A program made the translations under genes and the position numbers. The notes beneath the pieces are model-generated. The model was not told the DNA's origin and made no database searches. It worked only from the letters and a program-made list of their open reading frames with translations. A stretch of 64,000 nt of DNA from an uncultured Methanosarcinales archaeon (GTDB lineage Archaea; Nanobdellota; Nanobdellia; Woesearchaeales; CAYVYK01), in assembly GCA_964455675.1 (NCBI GenBank), contig CAYVYK010000004.1, forward strand, positions 1-64,000, written 5' to 3'. Positions 57,793 through 64,000 of the stretch are shown here, in pieces; within the stretch, counting starts at the first letter, position 1, and each line of letters opens with the position of its first letter.

Positions 57793-58098
57793 TTACTTCT
57801 TCGCGACCTTCTCTTCCTTCAAGACAAGCTTTGCGATCAGGAATATCACGAGCGCAATGATGATGAAGTTGATCAGCGCGCCAAGAAACGCACCCCAGCT
57901 GAGGATTACTGGGCCAAGCGCGAGCTTTGCTTCTTGCCAGCCGCCGCCAGGGATAAACGGCGTGATGAGTGGCATGATGATATTGTTGACCAGCGACTGC
58001 ACGAGCGTTGTAGCAGCAGCGCCTATGATGAATGCAACCGCAAGACCAATCACTTTATACTCAAAGAGAAATTCCTTGAACTCACTCATAATAGACAT
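57793..58098 (-). CDS. mscL: MscL large-conductance mechanosensitive channel
   Basis: EFKEFL, VIGLAVAFIIGAA, SLVNNIIMP, GAFLGALINFIIIA. Confidence 0.92.
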   Translation of the reverse strand: MSIMSEFKEFLFEYKVIGLAVAFIIGAAATTLVQSLVNNIIMPLITPFIPGGGWQEAKLALGPVILSWGAFLGALINFIIIALVIFLIAKLVLKEEKVAKK

Positions 58099-58150
58099 AT
58101 GATCACCCCGACGGTTCGTGATAATTCAAGTATAATAAGATTACGTTATG

Positions 58151-58960
58151 TTATGGTTCTTCAGATGCGAAAACACCAAGTTCACCATACCGACCTTGGC
58201 GAGGGTACGGTACGCACAAGGGCCCTCCATCTTGTCCGATGGCACAGCTTGCATGACGGTCACAGCATGTGGTGTCCCAACCGTGCGTTCCCGAGCATGC
58301 TTTTTTCCCCTGACTCTCACAGGATTCACGGGGTTTGCAACGTGCGCTCGATGTCCCTTCATCCCAACAGATATGTTCAGAATCTGCACAACACACGCGC
58401 TTGCCTTGATCATTCAAGCAAGCGGTTAATCCTCCAGAGCAGGAACTCGGAATGCAATAACACCCAGGCCCATCGGCAACCGGGCGAGATCCCCATGAAC
58501 AGCAGGCTGTACGTTGTCCATAGGCATTGAAGCAACTAACGCTTGGAAAGGAGCAGGATTCAGATGTTGTACAAGCAGGAATACCTGATCTATCGCACGT
58601 TTGCCACGAACCACAGCATTGAGATCCACACATTCTTTTTCCGTCAGGACAGTAGAATGGAACTTGGTTTTGATTACAAAAAGGCTGTCGCGATGGTGAT
58701 ACATCACATTCATCGAGAGGCATGCAGCAAACAGTCACTCCAAAAGAGCTACATGCTTTTGTTAGAAGGGGATCATGAGCAGGAGGGCAGGTAACGGTTG
58801 TAGGTGGAGCGGGCTTCGTCTGTTGTGTATGGAAGAAAAGATCCCAAACGGAATACCCGGAGACATCTGCGGATGTGAATACAGCAAAAACCCCAAGGAT
58901 GAGAATGGTAACAACCATTATTACCACAGCATTGTTCGCAAACGATCCCTTACTATGCAT
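58151..58960 (-). CDS. Membrane-anchored/secreted Cys-rich protein with five C-C-CC-C-C repeats
   Basis: N-terminal hydrophobic helix after SKG; 30 Cys in five 6-Cys units. Confidence 0.75.
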   Translation of the reverse strand: MHSKGSFANNAVVIMVVTILILGVFAVFTSADVSGYSVWDLFFHTQQTKPAPPTTVTCPPAHDPLLTKACSSFGVTVCCMPLDECDVSPSRQPFCNQNQVPFYCPDGKRMCGSQCCGSWQTCDRSGIPACTTSESCSFPSVSCFNAYGQRTACCSWGSRPVADGPGCYCIPSSCSGGLTACLNDQGKRVCCADSEHICWDEGTSSARCKPRESCESQGKKACSGTHGWDTTCCDRHASCAIGQDGGPLCVPYPRQGRYGELGVFASEEP

Positions 58961-59129
58961 TGTGATAATCACGATCTTTAAGGTATATAAATTTTGCCAA
59001 AACCGGTGATAAGAAGAAAAGATAGTATAGGCAAGTGGTACGAGCTTTGGATATATGCGTAAGTGATCCGTCCTCTACATATGATACGAGGCCCACGCAA
59101 TATTCTAAATAGTTCAGAACAGTCGTCCG

Positions 59130-60482
59130 CTAGTCATGCCCGCCACGAGGACCTGCGTTGAGCGCACGCTCCTGCATGGACTGTACGCGGATCTCTCCAG
59201 GCCGGTCCCGGATGAGGCCGAGCCTGCGATACAGGCGCAGCATTCGAGGGTAGGTCTCCTCATACATCTGTACGACTGCTGTTCGGAGTTCTCGAGGCGA
59301 GAAGTTATTTGGCTGGAACACAACGTCCGTAAAATCGTAGTGCTCTAGATTCCTGTCAAATATCCTGCCATCCGCATTCATCTGATTGTACACGGCAGTG
59401 CCAGGAAGCGGAGTGAACATCAGGTACTGCGCATCATTCATCCTGGATTCGCGAGTCACACGGGTGGTACGCTCAAAAACAGTATCATCATCAGTATCAA
59501 AACCCATGACAAAAGTCCCAAGAACGGGAATGCCATAGCGCTCCTGGATCTTGATTGTTCCGTCGATATAACGTTCTAAGAGAGGTTTTCGATGGGAAAC
59601 CTTGGCGCCAGACATCTCCTGAAGACTCGCTTCTGATGCTGAATCAAATCCGATAAGGAGGCCGGCGCAGCCGGCATCCTTCATCATCGCAAGAAGATCG
59701 TCCTCCTGGCTAATCTTGAAACCTACCGACCCAAACCACTCATGACCTCTTGGAGCCATGAGCGAAAAGAGCTCGCGAGCCCGTGCAAGTCCTGCGCCGG
59801 AAAATGAAACAAGATTAGGATCAGTAAAATACAAGCGACTTCCTTTTGGAAGCTGCTGCAAGTCGGCGAGGACTTTTTCAGGAGAACGAGCCGCATAACC
59901 GTCGCCAAATACGCTACGCGCGCTGCAGAAGCCGCACACATTATCACAGCTCACCGATGATTGCACCGGCCAATTGATGTTCTTGCCATACGCGGGAATG
60001 TCGAAGGCTGAGAAATCAGGAGATCTCAGCTCGTCCATCGGAAGGCGTTCTCCCACATACACTCTATCAAGCCGGCCACGCTCAAAATCAGCGAGAACCC
60101 TCTGGATCGCGAGCTCACCAGGACCCTTCACAATCGCATCCACTTTTGAAGGAAGACCTTCCATATTAAGACGGCCAACATATCCTCCGACCACAACAGC
60201 AGTTTCTCTGCCCATGATCGTGTCAAATCGTTCAATATCACCGACCATATCTAGGATCCGTTCAATATTGCAGACGTTGCCACCGCTAATACCCACAATA
60301 TCGGGCGACTCGTGAAGATGCTTGAACGCGTCAAACTTCTCCACGGTTTCATCAACGATGCGCACGTCCCATGTCTTAGGAACGTATGCTGCAAGATACG
60401 CGAGCGATAGCGCTGGCATCCGCGTATTACGGTACAGCGAGGTATTGTTCACGACATTCACGAGCATCAGTTTTTGCGGCAT
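59130..60482 (-). CDS. Cobalamin-binding radical SAM enzyme
   Basis: LAYLAAY, VVVGGY, GPGE, CDNVCGFC (Cx3Cx2C), TPLPGT; GGTGA SD. Confidence 0.88.
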   Translation of the reverse strand: MPQKLMLVNVVNNTSLYRNTRMPALSLAYLAAYVPKTWDVRIVDETVEKFDAFKHLHESPDIVGISGGNVCNIERILDMVGDIERFDTIMGRETAVVVGGYVGRLNMEGLPSKVDAIVKGPGELAIQRVLADFERGRLDRVYVGERLPMDELRSPDFSAFDIPAYGKNINWPVQSSVSCDNVCGFCSARSVFGDGYAARSPEKVLADLQQLPKGSRLYFTDPNLVSFSGAGLARARELFSLMAPRGHEWFGSVGFKISQEDDLLAMMKDAGCAGLLIGFDSASEASLQEMSGAKVSHRKPLLERYIDGTIKIQERYGIPVLGTFVMGFDTDDDTVFERTTRVTRESRMNDAQYLMFTPLPGTAVYNQMNADGRIFDRNLEHYDFTDVVFQPNNFSPRELRTAVVQMYEETYPRMLRLYRRLGLIRDRPGEIRVQSMQERALNAGPRGGHD

Positions 60483-60490
60483 AAGTCACC

Positions 60491-63400
60491 TTACAGCAAG
60501 TTTCTTGTCTTCAAATAGGAAATGTCCCTCATGTTCTTACGGAACAAATCCTCAACAGCGTCCTTTTGGACGCCAAGCGACGTGAGCGATTCGATGGCCA
60601 TCCTGCAGAGGCCGTCTATTTGAGCGTATACCTGTTCATGCGCCGCTTGCGATTCCCGAACGAGCGGATCAATCTCTCCACGGATTTCCGCCCGCAAGGA
60701 TTCGATGCGCTCCTTCTTTTTGCGGTATTCTTCGAGCTTCTTGCCTTTCAGTACATCTTCGGGATTCATGAGTTCTAAGTTGTCGGTATCGTACGAATCC
60801 TCGCCCACACCAGGCCAGCGAATAGTTGCATATTGTTCAGCTTCATTATACTCAATGATCGTGCCAACACCGTCAGGCTCCCAATCCTCGCGATATTCAC
60901 GCTTGAGACGGACTTTTGCACCTTTCGTGAATGCGTCATACTTTGTGTCAGGTACATCATACGCTGGAGCACCTTTTGTGATGAACACCTTTCTCGTGCA
61001 GTGATCATCACCCAACTCCCCGAAATCAACATGGCATCCATCAGTAACGCCATCATACGTGCATACTTCTTTGTATGTTCCAACCGTTCCAACGGGAATA
61101 CCACGGTCGTTGTCTGTGGAGATTACCTTGTCTCCCCTGCGATATGTTAATTTTCCCTTCGCTGGACGGACAGAATGCATGATACGATCAACAAGAGTCG
61201 TTAAATAATCTCCAAGACCATCTATTCTCTTGTCTTCAGCCTTAGGGAGGATTATACCTAATTTTTCAGCAACCTTCTTTTCAAGATCTGGGATAAGCTT
61301 GGTATAATCAGCACGCCCCTGCAGATCCCTTAGCTGTGAAAACAGCGTTATCTTCGGCACCCGGTCGTGCTTTGTGATATCGTCACCAAAATGGAGCGCA
61401 AGATACATGGTGATGACATTATCATCGATACCCATGGCGCGGAACGTGTCCACGGACTGCTGGATCAAATTCTCGCGCTTTGACTTATGCGCTTTCATGT
61501 CCCGCTCTGCCTCGTCGACAATAGATTGCAGATTCTGCATGATATTCTTTAGATCAGGTGCAAGTTCTCCCATGGGATTCTCGACGATCACATCGACTTT
61601 TCGAATGTCGTCAAACGTCACAGGAGTTCGCCTTCGTTCACCGGTCACATGCTGAAACTCAACACGAAGATGATCACGACCCATTTTACCTTTGATGTAT
61701 CCCCAACTGCCTGGACGGCTGACCGCATAGTCTCCTTCCGGTCTATCACGGATGATCACTTTCGCTCCAGTTGGGTACTTGTTATCAGGAAGAGCAAATG
61801 CACGCAGAACCTGCAATTCATCAGGATGGAATCGAACAGTCTTTCCCGTATCCCGGAAATGCACATTAACATATCCTCCCTCAACAACTTCAAGGACTTC
61901 TCCAAGAATGCCAATAGGATAGTTCTCAACTTTCGCACGATTGCCACGATAGAAACCTTCACGCTCACCAAGCGCGCGAGCTACTCGCACGCGCTCACCA
62001 TAGTGAAACCGATTATTCCTGAGGGCAGCTTCATGCTCCTCAAGAGCAGCCTGATAATCCCGAATAATAACTTTGAGTCTTGCCTCAGCAGCTGTACGGG
62101 TTTTCTTCATGAAAACAGGAAGCGTCGCATCCTCCGCAGTCTTTATGATCTCACTTGCCAATTCTTCAAGGGTCTGCGTTTTTGGTTTTTCGCGCTTGAT
62201 GAGCGGCTCGATTTCTGATGGATGAAGGTTAAACTGTTTCATCCCCCGTCTGGTCTCATATTTAACGAGGATATTGTCCTCATCCAGAGCGCCAGCAAAC
62301 TCCACCTCTTCATTGAGCGGAAGATCGGCTTCGTCACCGCCATGATAATATGTCGCTTCATTTGCCGATGGATCATACCCTGCCAGTTTCACAACCTTCA
62401 GCTTGTCACCAATGAGAAATTCTATGCCGGGAACTCCATGCTGAGCTTTCAGAATTTTCAGCACTTGAGGCTTCATTGCCCGACCGAACTGCCTCGGATC
62501 CCCTTTCAGGTGAGGCCAATAATCAATCGGTGTCTTGAGCTGTTTCGCGATATGCTCAGCAACAGCCGCCATGAACGCCTTCGTTTCCATGTGCTTCCAC
62601 ATTTCCGTTTCGTCCGCGGCTTGAACTCTCTCCAGTTCTGTAGTCCTTCCGTCAAGTTCCTTTTTCAGGAGATTATATCTCTCGTCAGGTTGGAAAGGCA
62701 AAGTATCCTCAGCGCGGAACATCGGAATGCTTCCCGCAAGCAGATATTCGCGGAACTGAGCATATTCATCCTCGTTGCGGAATTTTTGTTTATCAATAAT
62801 GATTCCTGAGCGCTCCATGAATTGGGTCCTGATATGCTCTGCCATGGACTGATGGTCAAAGTGAACTCCCTTGAGATATTCTGCCTCAGACGCTATGTGG
62901 GCAGCAAATGCTCTTCGTGAACGCATCGCGCGGCTATACTTGTCCAGAATTTCATCAGGAGATAATCCCGAGAGCAATCCTTGCTCCTGCGCGAGGAGCA
63001 CGAATGTGCGCCTGACAGCATCATCTATCGGAACAGTGGGATTATTCGCAAGGTCCCTAATGAGCTGAGCATTTTCCCTTGATACGCGTCTTGTCGCCTC
63101 CTCAAGAGTGACTAACCCAGAAATATCAGAAGGATCCGACGCATGGCTTAGTCTTTCATCGTACGGAGCAACTGCGTCAGCGACAAAGGCTGAAGCGATC
63201 AGCGTCCGCGGATGATACGCCGTGAAAGGATCGTGGAGAAGAGGTTTGTGACCTTTTTGCACGGGTGGGACTGCGAGATCATCAGTCAAGGCTAATTGGA
63301 GCATACTTCCCACATGTTGTCCAAACTGTCGCGCAATATTCATAATATAATCAGCGGCAGAACCCTGGAAAACAGGGCGCAGGTTCAGATGACGAGAAGC

Positions 63401-63700
63401 ATCCGTAATACAAACAAGTGTAGCCAAATCCTTGGGGGATACCATTGAGACATCACCAAGGAGATAATTCATGTCAGTGCTTCCAAGCGCGCCAAGGATG
63501 GCACTACGAACTGGATCATGATTCAGGTTGAGCGGCCGATACTTTCTCTCAAGAATTGTTGCGACACGGTGCGTAGGATCATCCGGAGGAGCATCGAACA
63601 CAACCTCCTCGGTATCAGTAGTCCGATTCGCAATGGCACCATCAACGAGCGATTCAAAAAAGTCCGTTTCGTCCACAGGAACGAGATCGCCATCTTTCAT
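60491..63700 (-). CDS. Large hypothetical protein (1069 aa) with about 5 SH3/KOW-like beta modules between helical segments
   Basis: Repeated (F/Y)xxG(D/E/A)(K/R)Vx..GxGxI..VxF..xL units. Confidence 0.7.
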   Translation of the reverse strand: MKDGDLVPVDETDFFESLVDGAIANRTTDTEEVVFDAPPDDPTHRVATILERKYRPLNLNHDPVRSAILGALGSTDMNYLLGDVSMVSPKDLATLVCITDASRHLNLRPVFQGSAADYIMNIARQFGQHVGSMLQLALTDDLAVPPVQKGHKPLLHDPFTAYHPRTLIASAFVADAVAPYDERLSHASDPSDISGLVTLEEATRRVSRENAQLIRDLANNPTVPIDDAVRRTFVLLAQEQGLLSGLSPDEILDKYSRAMRSRRAFAAHIASEAEYLKGVHFDHQSMAEHIRTQFMERSGIIIDKQKFRNEDEYAQFREYLLAGSIPMFRAEDTLPFQPDERYNLLKKELDGRTTELERVQAADETEMWKHMETKAFMAAVAEHIAKQLKTPIDYWPHLKGDPRQFGRAMKPQVLKILKAQHGVPGIEFLIGDKLKVVKLAGYDPSANEATYYHGGDEADLPLNEEVEFAGALDEDNILVKYETRRGMKQFNLHPSEIEPLIKREKPKTQTLEELASEIIKTAEDATLPVFMKKTRTAAEARLKVIIRDYQAALEEHEAALRNNRFHYGERVRVARALGEREGFYRGNRAKVENYPIGILGEVLEVVEGGYVNVHFRDTGKTVRFHPDELQVLRAFALPDNKYPTGAKVIIRDRPEGDYAVSRPGSWGYIKGKMGRDHLRVEFQHVTGERRRTPVTFDDIRKVDVIVENPMGELAPDLKNIMQNLQSIVDEAERDMKAHKSKRENLIQQSVDTFRAMGIDDNVITMYLALHFGDDITKHDRVPKITLFSQLRDLQGRADYTKLIPDLEKKVAEKLGIILPKAEDKRIDGLGDYLTTLVDRIMHSVRPAKGKLTYRRGDKVISTDNDRGIPVGTVGTYKEVCTYDGVTDGCHVDFGELGDDHCTRKVFITKGAPAYDVPDTKYDAFTKGAKVRLKREYREDWEPDGVGTIIEYNEAEQYATIRWPGVGEDSYDTDNLELMNPEDVLKGKKLEEYRKKKERIESLRAEIRGEIDPLVRESQAAHEQVYAQIDGLCRMAIESLTSLGVQKDAVEDLFRKNMRDISYLKTRNLL

Positions 63701-63703
63701 ACG

Positions 63704-64000
63704 CTAACCCACCCTCAGGAGATCACCGTGCTCCTGTGCAAATTGCTGGACATCATCATCACTGATTTCAAGATTCGGCTGTAACTTCTGACTGTAACAG
63801 TCACAGGGATCCTTGAGCGGATTCGTACCAAACCTTGACCTTGTAGTCGATCTATACGTCAGCTCTCCATTAAATGGAGAACCATACTTTTCTGGCTCAA
63901 CAAGCGGAAACACATCAAGGAGCGCCATGGCAGCGCCGACGGCATTACTCATGACGACTGAAGGATTAGGATTAGCAGCACAGCTCGCGCGCCGTATCAT
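63704..64000 (-). CDS. 3' end of a hypothetical gene running off the window
   Basis: Open frame to the window edge; stop 3 nt before the next ATG. Confidence 0.5.
   Translation of the reverse strand: MIRRASCAANPNPSVVMSNAVGAAMALLDVFPLVEPEKYGSPFNGELTYRSTTRSRFGTNPLKDPCDCYSQKLQPNLEISDDDVQQFAQEHGDLLRVG

Overview
Gene-dense, roughly 48% GC segment of an archaeal chromosome, most likely a DPANN lineage such as Woesearchaeota (inferred). Evidence: archaeal-type eL43/Rpo12/Pcc1/prefoldin-beta, eL41, uL16, aEF-1beta and Trm1; TATA boxes about 25-30 nt before many start codons; and a BHB tRNA intron. Housekeeping genes (GMP synthase B, TrpRS, IleRS, GlyA, Maf, RtcA, CorA, malic enzyme, NnrD, MscS/MscL) are interleaved with accessory genes. 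There are two tRNAs: Pro-UGG with a 22-nt T-loop (59/60) intron, and Val-UAC flanked by short duplications and a structured non-coding region. Most notable: a 3212-aa pilin-signal/VWA surface protein with an insertion of about 1580 aa; a large secreted protein ending in a caspase/legumain-like (clan CD) protease domain, paired with a pilin-like gene; bacterial-type PlsB-like acyltransferase and FtsH-like protease beside a CARF-wHTH regulator; an MscS-C39 peptidase fusion; a membrane-anchored JAMM protease; an outer-membrane-beta-barrel-like protein; a protein with five knottin-like Cys repeats; a half Hel308-like helicase; and a multi-SH3-like giant protein upstream of a B12 radical SAM gene. 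I found no CRISPR array, integrase, transposase, reverse transcriptase or rRNA. The 100-N gap is an assembly overlap artefact. All family assignments come from motif recognition by eye, not database searches.
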